In this document: one piece after another, positions 20,235 to 29,178 of the stretch
Layout: every line of letters begins with the position of its first letter
How positions within the stretch are numbered: position 1 is the stretch's first letter
NCBI GenBank assembly: GCA_963806185.1
Contig: CAWDXE010000004.1
Location: 436,883-500,882 of the forward strand
Length of the DNA stretch: 64,000 nucleotides
From: an uncultured candidate division Zixibacteria bacterium
GTDB lineage: Bacteria; Zixibacteria; MSB-5A5; GN15; FEB-12
Direction: 5' to 3'
Position numbers and translations under genes: made by a program
The notes under the pieces: generated by a model
Seen by the model: the letters and a program-made list of their open reading frames with translations, nothing else
Told to the model about the DNA's origin: nothing
The model's database searches: none

Positions 20235-21011
20235 TTACTTCAGCATGAAGCCGCGCTTCTGCAGGAATTCCTTCATGTGTGCTCGAATTGTCGACGGCGT
20301 GTCGTCCGCCATGCGGCGAGCGGTATGCTCCGACCATGAATAAGTGCCGGTGAATTCGGGGTACAACTCCGGCCTCACCGGTCGTCCGGCCAAGTGACCG
20401 CCCTCGGCGATGGTCCGATCATACTCGCCAATTGCTTCGGCAAATCTGTCGGTACAATATTTCTCCCGGCACCAGACCGCCTCGAGGGGAAGCCGTGGCT
20501 TTGTCTTGCCCGGCTTGAGGGGGTGCCCGATTGACATACCCATCACCGGATAAACGAGTTCCGGTGCCGCAGTCAATCTGCAGACCTCGTCGGGCCGGTT
20601 GCGAATTGACCCAACCATGACTCCGCCCAAGCCGATCGCCTGCGCCGCTTGCAGCGCCCGCCCGGCGGCAAGTGCCGTGTCTACCGTGGCTATGATCATC
20701 GCCTCCGTCCAACCACCTTCAAACGGATACCCGCGCCGCTCATTGAGTCCCTTCAACCGAAACAAATCGGCGCAGAAGATGAGGAAGAGGGGACAATCGA
20801 TCACATGTTGCTGGTTCCCGCACCATTCGGCTATACGTGCTTTTGATTGCTGATTCCGCACAGCGATTACCGAGTACGCCTGCATATTCGACGAGGTCGG
20901 CGACCGCTGGCCGGTGGAAACGATTAATCGCTCCTGTTCTTCAGTGACCGGCTCATCGGTAAATTGGCGTACGGAGACGTGACTCCTGAGAAATTCAAGT
21001 ATGTGACTCAT
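20235..21011 (-). CDS. NfrA/NfsA-like NADPH-dependent nitroreductase / flavin oxidoreductase
   Basis: HVSVRQF, SPTSSNMQAYSVI, GSIRN, KPRLP. Confidence 0.88.
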   Translation of the reverse strand: MSHILEFLRSHVSVRQFTDEPVTEEQERLIVSTGQRSPTSSNMQAYSVIAVRNQQSKARIAEWCGNQQHVIDCPLFLIFCADLFRLKGLNERRGYPFEGGWTEAMIIATVDTALAAGRALQAAQAIGLGGVMVGSIRNRPDEVCRLTAAPELVYPVMGMSIGHPLKPGKTKPRLPLEAVWCREKYCTDRFAEAIGEYDRTIAEGGHLAGRPVRPELYPEFTGTYSWSEHTARRMADDTPSTIRAHMKEFLQKRGFMLK

Positions 21012-21020
21012 TGGTCCCTC

Positions 21021-21058
21021 AAAAAAAGAAGCCGATTCACTTGTTCATGAATCGGCTT
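21021..21058 (-). terminator. Rho-independent terminator after the metalloprotease gene
   Basis: AAGCCGATTCA-N8-TGAATCGGCTT followed by C and T7. Confidence 0.75.
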
Positions 21059-21093
21059 GAATATACGGCCGCACAGCGGCATGTCAATCCGGG

Positions 21094-23772
21094 CTACTGA
21101 TCGGAGTAGCTTTTCGGAGCTCTTTTGGCAGCCTGAATCTGGCGGACCACTTCTTTGAAATGTGCCTGGCTCATGCCATCAACGCCGGCAGTAGCCGCTT
21201 TTGATGCCGCTTGCTCAATGAGGTCGAGATCGTTTGCCGCGAGCGTACGAGCGTCAAACGGATATACGCCCGGCGCGCTGAGGTAGATGTCAATCAGCCG
21301 CTGGAGATGAATCAACTGGAGCGGACGGCGATAATCGTTGACGTTTGCAGGAGTGAAAGCTTCACCCCAGATCGCTTTCCGCAAATCCGTGAACATGTCA
21401 AACATGGTGAACTTCTCTTCGCCCGGCTTGAATTTTTCCAGATTGTTCACCAAACGACCGGTGACCTGGGGACTGTACAGGCGGGAGATCGCGAGGTACT
21501 GAAAATTAGCCACGATCTGATGCATGGGATAATCGAGCGACGGGACATTGTAATACGCACCGTCGAAATCGGGCATCCGTTCCGGCTGAAGTTTGTTCAG
21601 CAGATTGGTGGGCAGATCATACGCATTGGCCGCGAAGAGATTGGTTTTCAGAAATTCAATCGCCCGGCGCTGATCGGCCGCCGCGACGACTTCGAACGGC
21701 ATGGCTGCGTCTTTGTCGCCGATGTGACTTCGACTTTGGTAGATACCACCGACGTATTTCGAGGCCGTCAGGGCGCCTTCGTTAAATGAGCGCCAGCCGG
21801 ATTGGAACACCTGGAACAGCTTGCGATACGAATTGCCCGGAACATCAAACTTCTTGATTGATTCGGACCACAACTGGCGGGTGAGATTTACTTTGTGTTC
21901 GGCGTATTTGAGAGGATCACTGCCCAGGTCGTGAAGGTTGGCCAGCGGGTCAATAGCCTTAGTTCCCCAGCCAAACGTGTCCTCGTCGGTGAGATAGCGC
22001 AATCCGGTCTCTCCGGAGCGAGAGGCAATCTCCTGTAATTTCGGCAATTCCTCTTCGGATGTCTTGGCACCGAAATCGGAATAGGCGTATTCGACGATCC
22101 AATCGTCGCACGGCCCGGGGGTCGACGCATAAAATTCGCCCTGCGTCTTGCCGTGATCCGCGATGTTCGGTCCCGAGTAATCCATCACGGTGCCGATAGT
22201 CCCATTCTTCTTCGTGAACTCCCGATCCGACAACTGTTCCAGCGTGTAAATCGTCGAGGCCTTGAAGTTGTGACGGAATCCAAGCGTATGACCAACTTCG
22301 TGCGCCACCAATTCCACGATATAGGCGTGCACGTATTCCTTCGTCAGCGAATCCTTGTTGATGTAGTCTCCGGTCGCCTCAAGGTAGGCCAGCCCGAAGC
22401 CGGCATCGGCCGCTCCTTCTTCACCATAACTGCAAAAGTGCGGGTCGCGCCGCGCTCGCTCCAGCAGGTCGCCGGGATCGGTCGGATCATCCGCCTTGCC
22501 GTCGAATGCGATTGGACGAATGAAATTGCTGGAGGTGTTATACATGAAACGGATGAAGTCTGCGGAAACGCGGATGTCCGCGTCATAAATCTGCCCGGTA
22601 AACGGATTGGTGCGGTCGGGGCCGACAGCGTAGCCGCCGCCCGGTTGGATGATCCAATTGACCGTGTTGTACCGAACGTCGGCCGGATCCCAGGTGGCGG
22701 TATCGGGCATCTGCTTCGCCACGACGGCGTTCCGAAAACCGATCTTCTCGAAGGACGGATTCCAGAACTCAATGCCCTCGGCGAAGGCGTCGCGGTACTC
22801 CGGCGGAACGGTGTTGCTCACCCAGTAGACGATCGGCTCAACCGGTTCCGAAATGCGTGCATCCGGGTTTTTCTTCTTCAGATTCCAGCGTTCCACATAG
22901 TACTTGTAGGGCGTGGGCTGGTCATTCGTCGAGTAATCTTCAAACATGGTGACAAAGTGCCCCACCCGATCATCGGCCAGCCGGGGAACGTAATCTGTCT
23001 GCGGAAGGCTGGAGAGCGAATAATGCAGTCCATGGTAGAAGCTGTAGGAGTTCTGAAACGTACTGCCGTCTTGTGGTTTGTTGCTCCGGAAATGCAGGCG
23101 GACGTCGATCTCGGAATTTTGCGGGAACGATTTGATAACGTCAAAGTAGCTGTTCGAGCGATCAAAATTTATTCCCGTTTGCCCTTGTTGACCGAGGAAG
23201 AAACCGAGATTCTCGGCGTCGCTGATGAATATTGCCGAAGCGTCGATGAGTACCGCCTTGTTCGAATCGTCAGGCTTGGACATCACTTTGGTCGACGCCA
23301 CGAGGCCATCCGAAATTGCGTTCGCCAGGGCCTTCCGAAGCGATGACGTGGAGTCTACTCTGAAGCGGAGGTTCTTTTCCATCATCATGATGGTTTTCCC
23401 GACGCGCTTGAAATAGAACGGATATGTCTCACCCATGCTGGCGTTGTCGGTATATGACCCGTCGCCCGCCACACGCGTCTCGCCACAGAGGAAAATCGGC
23501 CCGAATTGATCAGGTTTGATCGCCATCAGGACGCTGTTGTCGAGAGTGTCACGATAAAACGTAAAGAGCCCTTGAACGGCGACCTTGTCTTTGATCAGAT
23601 CCTTAAACGGCTTTTCGTCGTCCTTGCCGGATGGAGGTTTTCTGTCCTGAGCTGTGGTGCTGCCCTGGATGCCTTTGGGGCCGTATTTCAATCGGCCGGC
23701 GTTGGCATTGCCGCCTATAGTGACCAACGCGGCCAGCAGCGGAACGGCAATGCGATAAATAACGGGTTGCAT
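21094..23772 (-). CDS. Secreted zinc metalloprotease, EcxA-like metzincin (DUF5117/DUF4953 architecture)
   Basis: HEVGHTLGFRHNF, Met-turn TVMDY, PRLADDRVGHF, NPFTGQIYDAD. ATG 23772 follows AGAGGAG. Confidence 0.88.
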   Translation of the reverse strand: MQPVIYRIAVPLLAALVTIGGNANAGRLKYGPKGIQGSTTAQDRKPPSGKDDEKPFKDLIKDKVAVQGLFTFYRDTLDNSVLMAIKPDQFGPIFLCGETRVAGDGSYTDNASMGETYPFYFKRVGKTIMMMEKNLRFRVDSTSSLRKALANAISDGLVASTKVMSKPDDSNKAVLIDASAIFISDAENLGFFLGQQGQTGINFDRSNSYFDVIKSFPQNSEIDVRLHFRSNKPQDGSTFQNSYSFYHGLHYSLSSLPQTDYVPRLADDRVGHFVTMFEDYSTNDQPTPYKYYVERWNLKKKNPDARISEPVEPIVYWVSNTVPPEYRDAFAEGIEFWNPSFEKIGFRNAVVAKQMPDTATWDPADVRYNTVNWIIQPGGGYAVGPDRTNPFTGQIYDADIRVSADFIRFMYNTSSNFIRPIAFDGKADDPTDPGDLLERARRDPHFCSYGEEGAADAGFGLAYLEATGDYINKDSLTKEYVHAYIVELVAHEVGHTLGFRHNFKASTIYTLEQLSDREFTKKNGTIGTVMDYSGPNIADHGKTQGEFYASTPGPCDDWIVEYAYSDFGAKTSEEELPKLQEIASRSGETGLRYLTDEDTFGWGTKAIDPLANLHDLGSDPLKYAEHKVNLTRQLWSESIKKFDVPGNSYRKLFQVFQSGWRSFNEGALTASKYVGGIYQSRSHIGDKDAAMPFEVVAAADQRRAIEFLKTNLFAANAYDLPTNLLNKLQPERMPDFDGAYYNVPSLDYPMHQIVANFQYLAISRLYSPQVTGRLVNNLEKFKPGEEKFTMFDMFTDLRKAIWGEAFTPANVNDYRRPLQLIHLQRLIDIYLSAPGVYPFDARTLAANDLDLIEQAASKAATAGVDGMSQAHFKEVVRQIQAAKRAPKSYSDQ

Positions 23773-24096
23773 AAGTACTCCTCTATTCACGATTCGATGA
23801 TTGGTATTTCGGAAAAAGCCATGACAGGGCGAAGCGCCCGAAGGAAAAGCGTCGGGGAGAGGCCCAAGTGCTTCGGATCATGTCGGTATAGACGTTTGTC
23901 AAAACGATTTTGTTGCAGAAATGTGAATCTCTTCGGCAGTGCAGACTCAGCGGCAGCAACCCGCCCCGACTCGTTCGGTGCCCCGCACCCGCGGGGGCTA
24001 ATTGTCGGCGCCATACCGGCGGCCAACATACCAGTCGAGGGGCTGAAAGTCAAAAGGTTATTGCTTACCGATCTTGAATCTGGTTGGACCGGGAGA

Positions 24097-24768
24097 TTAC
24101 GAGCCCTGTATGGAGCCGCGCATCGGCACAAAGCGGACTTGGTACAGCGACTCTCTTTTCAATTCGTGAGGCGTTTTATTTACGACGACGAGTTCCTGAA
24201 GCTCGGTTCCGGGTACCAGGATTGGCGCGATCATACGCCCGTTAACAGCCAACTGCTCGATGAGCGCAGGTGGCAACCGGGGAGCGGCGGCCGTCAACAT
24301 GATAGCATCGAAGGGAGCTTGATCGGGCCAACCCAAGTTGCCGTCACCGTTCATGAAGACGATATTGGAATAACCATGTGCGGCAAGAACGCGCTTCGCC
24401 GCCGACTGTAGATCGCTAACCACCTCGATGGTAAAGACTTTAGCCGCGAATTCGGCCAACACTGCCGTTTGATATCCGCACCCGGTTCCGATCTCCAGAA
24501 CCCGATCCGAAGACCTTAACTTCAAATGCTCGGTCATCGACGCGACGATGTACGGTTGTGAGATTGTCTGACCGTGCCCGATCGGCAGGGGATAGTCTTC
24601 GTAGGCGTGTGCTCGCTCCTCGGGCGGCACGAATTCATGTCTTGGGATGCGGCGCATTGCCTCCAGGACGCCTCGATCCCGGACATCGCGACCGAAAATC
24701 TGCACATCCACCATGCGGGCCCGCTTGGCAGCGTAGTCGCTTTCAGGCGGGCGGCTGTGCTCACCCAC
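24097..24768 (-). CDS. pcm: Protein-L-isoaspartate O-methyltransferase
   Basis: GQTISQPYIVA, VLEIGTGCGYQTA, APFDAI, VRFVPM. Confidence 0.93.
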   Translation of the reverse strand: MGEHSRPPESDYAAKRARMVDVQIFGRDVRDRGVLEAMRRIPRHEFVPPEERAHAYEDYPLPIGHGQTISQPYIVASMTEHLKLRSSDRVLEIGTGCGYQTAVLAEFAAKVFTIEVVSDLQSAAKRVLAAHGYSNIVFMNGDGNLGWPDQAPFDAIMLTAAAPRLPPALIEQLAVNGRMIAPILVPGTELQELVVVNKTPHELKRESLYQVRFVPMRGSIQGS

Positions 24769-24798
24769 TGGCTCGTCTCCAATCAGCCCGTCGCCCCG

Positions 24799-27700
24799 TT
24801 ACTGGCAGCATGGGTCGGGGCCGAGAAGGAATAGGTACGAAATCATCCAGGTCAGATCGGATATATCAACCGAGTGATCGCAATCTATCGCCCCCGCCAG
24901 CAGGGGCTGCGTCAGCGTTCCGCCGAGAAACATGAAAGTGATCATCGACGTGAGATCGCCAATGTCAACGGTATGTGTACCGTCCAGATCACCGCAGGTG
25001 AAATTGTACCAGGTGAATGTCTGAGTCGGCGAATATGCCGACTCGAAGCCGGCCGAATCACTTGCCTTTACCCGCCAGTAGTACAGTCTGCCGCTGGCCA
25101 ATTCCGTCGTGGCCAGAGTCGCGGAATCCGTGAAAACGTCCTGAAGGAACGTTGTGAAATCGGTGAAATTCGAATTCTTCGACACATGAACGTGGTAGTA
25201 TTCGGGTGCACTCTCGATACTTGATGATACGGCCGCAGACCAGTCCAGGACAATGGCGGCGCCACCGAGTTCTGTGCCGTTAGTCGGCGCCAACGGTACC
25301 GGCGTGGCCGGCACTTCCGTATCGAGGACAAAGGTCGCCCGTGTCGACCAGGCGCTGGCATTTCCCGCCTTGTCGGATCGACGCGCCTGCCAGTACCAGC
25401 GACCATCGGGCAATATCTGAGGAGTGCCGAACTGCAAGGGGACGATTGAGTCAAAGACAATCGGGTCCCCTGCGAAGGTCGAATCCGGCGACAATTGTAC
25501 GGTCACGAATTCGGGCGCCACCTTCGGCGTTGTTCCGTTACTCACCAACGACATCTGGAACGGCTTTATCGTGACATAACCGCCGGTGGGAGAGTCCGGC
25601 GTCACTCCCTTCGGAGCGATATTGTCCACACCGATCTTGCGAATGACGCGCGGGAGGGCAGATGAATCGGCACCGACATACGCCCGTACCGCCCAATAAT
25701 AGACGCCGTCGCTTAGGGAATCCACCAAAGGCATGGCGAATGTCGTACCCTGGATACCGCCATATGTGCGCACGAGGGTGGTCATCGCCGCGTCGGTGGC
25801 AATCTGCACGCTGAACGAATCGCCAATACCCTGCCACTCGAATGAATAGATGCGGGAAGGAGCATACACAATCGTGTCCGGCGACAACAGCGTTGGAGTG
25901 GGCGATGAATTGGCGACATAAATGTTAACCGTGTCGCCGACTTCGAGGCCACCGGTACTGTGAGCCTTGACTTCTACCCGACTGGTCGAACCAGACGGCA
26001 CCTCGCTAGGAATCGAGATGGTGACCGAGAAAGTTGAGTCAAGACCCGGTCCGAGGGGCATGAAATAGGTCACTGGCGATATGGTCCAGGCTGAATCGCT
26101 GGCGACATTGACGATCACGTTATCCGTCGAATTGCCGAGATTTGCAATTGTCACCGGTATTGTCAGACTGGATGGCGAATCCACCGTATCTTCGTCAACG
26201 CTATTTACCGCGAGACCGTACAGTCGCTTCGTCAATACGCGTGAAGTGGCCGAACTTGCGAAGATGCTGTCGGTCATACTGGTAATTCGACAGGTAATCG
26301 CCTCACTCTGCCCGTACGTTGAATTCGACGGCACAGTAACGACCGCGTTGATCATTGCGGAGTCATTGGACGACAGGAGCACAACGGTATCCGCCACGAT
26401 CCCCATCCAACCGACCGAATCCGTCAGCCTGACCCTAATTGAATCCGGCGAGCCGAGATTTTTCACCCAGAAGGGAACGAGTATGATCTCCCCCGGCATC
26501 ACAGTGGTGTCGGGGAGGTCGGTAACTGCCAGCGCGTGATACTGGCCCGGCGTGTGGATACCGTCCGGCGTGAAGACCAGGGAAAACCGTTGCGGGCCCT
26601 GGGGAACATTGTAACCCGTCACTTTGGCCCGCCAGAGCCCGGCGGTCGGGCTATTCAGCTCCACCGTTTCAACATTGTTCAGATGGTCGGCGGTTCGAGT
26701 CGCCGGCAGCGCCGGCGCCGCGGCGCTCATTACCCACGGCGACCATTCGACGCCGTTGGGATCGATCAAGCGCAAATCAAGATCGTTGACCAGCGTCACG
26801 CCTGAAAAGGAAGTGGCTCCCGGATCGTCCCACGCCAGAGTGACTCGAATTCTGGTTGCCCCTGAAGGCACCGTCAGATCGTAGAAAGTCGCCGAGCCGG
26901 TTGCCATCGAGCCTTTAACATACGAGGGCTCACCGGCTGACACTTTCGTCACGGCCGCTAGGGCGTCGACCCGGCCGTAACCATACTGGAAGTCCGGTCC
27001 GATATTTCCCAGATCAGTAGCCGAGTTGATAAGCAGCGCCTTGACTGTAGAAGGGAGAAGCGTGTCATTTGGGAACAGTTGATCGTGTCGTTGCATGACC
27101 AATGCGATCACGCCGGACACGGCAGGCGCCGACATCGACGTCCCGCACATCACGGTATATCCTGAAACTTGCTTACAGCTGGTGACGCCGAAGTCGCTTG
27201 AACTCTGACAACCGGGGCCGACCACATCCGGCTTGAGACGACCGTCGTCTGTCGGACCCCAGGACGAGAATGATGTCATCGAACTGTTGTTGGAGTTGAC
27301 CGCCCCTACCGTGATTACGTTTTTAGCCGAAGCCAGCGGATCCGTTGTGTTATAGCTCCAGCCGAGCGAACCGCAATACGAAGAGCTGTTACCGCGTTGG
27401 TTCCCGGCCGACCAGACGGCGACAATCGGTGCACCGGCGTCGCCTCTGACGATATTGTCAATGGTCCCGCTGATCGCCCAGTAATTCCCCATGACCGATT
27501 CGCACGACGATTGGCTGGCAGGATCGCCTGGGCCGTAACCCCATGAATTCTGAGACACCCGGGCAGCATAACCGGCAATCGCGTTCTGGTAATCGTTGAA
27601 GGCCTCGGAGCCGGAACCGAACCATTGCTTAGTGAGCATTTGTGCGCCGGGCGCCATCCCCCGATAGGTACCCGAGGAGCCGGCCCCTGACCCCATGACG

Positions 27701-28548
27701 GTTCCGGCCACGTGGGTCGCGTGCGTGGAGAGCGCAGACGCATCAGTCTGAATCAGTCGCCCGCCGAAATCACCGTGCGTGGCGTCGGCACGGCCGCCAT
27801 CCCACTGGGCCAGCATCACTCCGCTGCCATCAAGGTTGTACGGTGCCGCTTGGACCGCGTCGGCGTTGATATTCTGTCGACTTGAATTGTTATCCTCAAT
27901 CGGCTCCGGCAGAGCCGGCTCCACGAAGAAGACTTGTTCAAGTTGAGGTAATTCAGCCACCTGGCCGATCGGGACGACTACGTCGATTGAGTGGGTCGTC
28001 GGTTCTACGCCGATTACCCGGGCCTGATGTGAGCCTTCCATCAGCTTGACGGCGGCACTCAGCGGCTCGTCACGGTGAAAGGCGACGGTCAATTGAATGC
28101 TGTCACCTGCCCGCGCCGCCCAGGGCGCATCACTTGGATCCCGCAAAACAGGCGAGAGCTTGTAGTCCGGCTGAATAAAATCCACCCAGCGGATACCGTG
28201 GCGCCGCATGACTTCGGTAGAAAGTCCGCTGGTGGCTCGGACTGTGTAGGCATAATTGGGTACGTATTGCAGCAATTCAATGCCGTCGTCGGCAAGTTGC
28301 GATTTCTGATCGTCCGACAACGGTCCGTCAAACTGCACAAGGAAGTGCTTGTTGTCGGTAGCAGCGGCGGCCATTGGCAAGGCGCGCATGATGCCAGTGC
28401 GAATCGTCCCACTGCTGAGATACAGAGAGTAGTCTGGTTGTGCCTGCGATGGCAATGAGCACAGCATCATTGCGACAATAGTAAGCGAGCAAATTCGTAT
28501 ATTACGCATACACGTGCGAGCCCTGAAGTAGTAGGTTGACATGGTCAC
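24799..28548 (-). CDS. Secreted S8 subtilase with Ig-like/FN3 repeats and C-terminal dockerin-like domain
   Basis: Catalytic triad WDGG / HATHVAGT / GTSMSAP. C-terminus CGDLDGTHTVDIGDLT...DISDLT...CCQ. Exact start uncertain (28548, 28542 or 28509). Confidence 0.9.
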   Translation of the reverse strand: MTMSTYYFRARTCMRNIRICSLTIVAMMLCSLPSQAQPDYSLYLSSGTIRTGIMRALPMAAAATDNKHFLVQFDGPLSDDQKSQLADDGIELLQYVPNYAYTVRATSGLSTEVMRRHGIRWVDFIQPDYKLSPVLRDPSDAPWAARAGDSIQLTVAFHRDEPLSAAVKLMEGSHQARVIGVEPTTHSIDVVVPIGQVAELPQLEQVFFVEPALPEPIEDNNSSRQNINADAVQAAPYNLDGSGVMLAQWDGGRADATHGDFGGRLIQTDASALSTHATHVAGTVMGSGAGSSGTYRGMAPGAQMLTKQWFGSGSEAFNDYQNAIAGYAARVSQNSWGYGPGDPASQSSCESVMGNYWAISGTIDNIVRGDAGAPIVAVWSAGNQRGNSSSYCGSLGWSYNTTDPLASAKNVITVGAVNSNNSSMTSFSSWGPTDDGRLKPDVVGPGCQSSSDFGVTSCKQVSGYTVMCGTSMSAPAVSGVIALVMQRHDQLFPNDTLLPSTVKALLINSATDLGNIGPDFQYGYGRVDALAAVTKVSAGEPSYVKGSMATGSATFYDLTVPSGATRIRVTLAWDDPGATSFSGVTLVNDLDLRLIDPNGVEWSPWVMSAAAPALPATRTADHLNNVETVELNSPTAGLWRAKVTGYNVPQGPQRFSLVFTPDGIHTPGQYHALAVTDLPDTTVMPGEIILVPFWVKNLGSPDSIRVRLTDSVGWMGIVADTVVLLSSNDSAMINAVVTVPSNSTYGQSEAITCRITSMTDSIFASSATSRVLTKRLYGLAVNSVDEDTVDSPSSLTIPVTIANLGNSTDNVIVNVASDSAWTISPVTYFMPLGPGLDSTFSVTISIPSEVPSGSTSRVEVKAHSTGGLEVGDTVNIYVANSSPTPTLLSPDTIVYAPSRIYSFEWQGIGDSFSVQIATDAAMTTLVRTYGGIQGTTFAMPLVDSLSDGVYYWAVRAYVGADSSALPRVIRKIGVDNIAPKGVTPDSPTGGYVTIKPFQMSLVSNGTTPKVAPEFVTVQLSPDSTFAGDPIVFDSIVPLQFGTPQILPDGRWYWQARRSDKAGNASAWSTRATFVLDTEVPATPVPLAPTNGTELGGAAIVLDWSAAVSSSIESAPEYYHVHVSKNSNFTDFTTFLQDVFTDSATLATTELASGRLYYWRVKASDSAGFESAYSPTQTFTWYNFTCGDLDGTHTVDIGDLTSMITFMFLGGTLTQPLLAGAIDCDHSVDISDLTWMISYLFLLGPDPCCQ

Positions 28549-28699
28549 CGAGTCTTTGCCCTAAGATAATGGACACAAACGACCTGTCAATTCTTATCTT
28601 GTTGTGCCCAAAAGAATTATGTCTACTTAACCGAACCAATACCTGTCCCTTTCCGTCAATTATTGCTATTATCGGGTAAAGGTAGGAAGCTTTGATTGT

Positions 28700-29173
28700 A
28701 TGCCCAGGAATTTCTGGCTTTTCAAGACTGAACCAAGTGTCTATTCAATTGACCACCTCCGCGCTTTGCCGGGTCAATCAACCGCCTGGGAGGGGGTGAG
28801 GAACTACCAGGCACGAAATCTCATTCGCGATAAGGTCCATGTCGGTGACGGGGTTCTGTTCTACCATAGTAGTGCGGCCGTGCTTGGCGTTGCCGGAACC
28901 TGTACTGTTGTCCGGAATGCCTATCCCGACCTGTCGGCGAGCCAACCTCAGAGTCCGTACTTCGACCCGAAGCATACCGATGAGCGGCCGATATGGTATG
29001 TCGTCGACGTACAATTGGTCGAGCGATTCGACAGAATTCTCACCTTAGCGGAACTGAAGTCGACCCGCGGTCTGGAAGAGATGATGGTCTGCCGGCGAGG
29101 TGCCAGGTTATCAATTCAGCCTGTTCGCCCCGAGGAGTGGAAGCTCATCCTAAGACTAGCCGGGAAGAGGTGA
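28700..29173 (+). CDS. EVE domain protein
   Basis: WLFKTEP, WEGVRNYQARN, FYHS, RLSIQPV. Confidence 0.92.
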   Translation: MPRNFWLFKTEPSVYSIDHLRALPGQSTAWEGVRNYQARNLIRDKVHVGDGVLFYHSSAAVLGVAGTCTVVRNAYPDLSASQPQSPYFDPKHTDERPIWYVVDVQLVERFDRILTLAELKSTRGLEEMMVCRRGARLSIQPVRPEEWKLILRLAGKR

Positions 29174-29178
29174 AAACA

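Noticed and set aside
23506..24411. 301-aa plus-strand ORF spanning the protease/pcm junction
   Set aside because: It overlaps two real minus-strand genes and has no family motifs.
28700..29173. EVE protein as part of a modification-dependent restriction system
   Set aside because: It is a standalone single-domain gene with no adjacent nuclease or ATPase.
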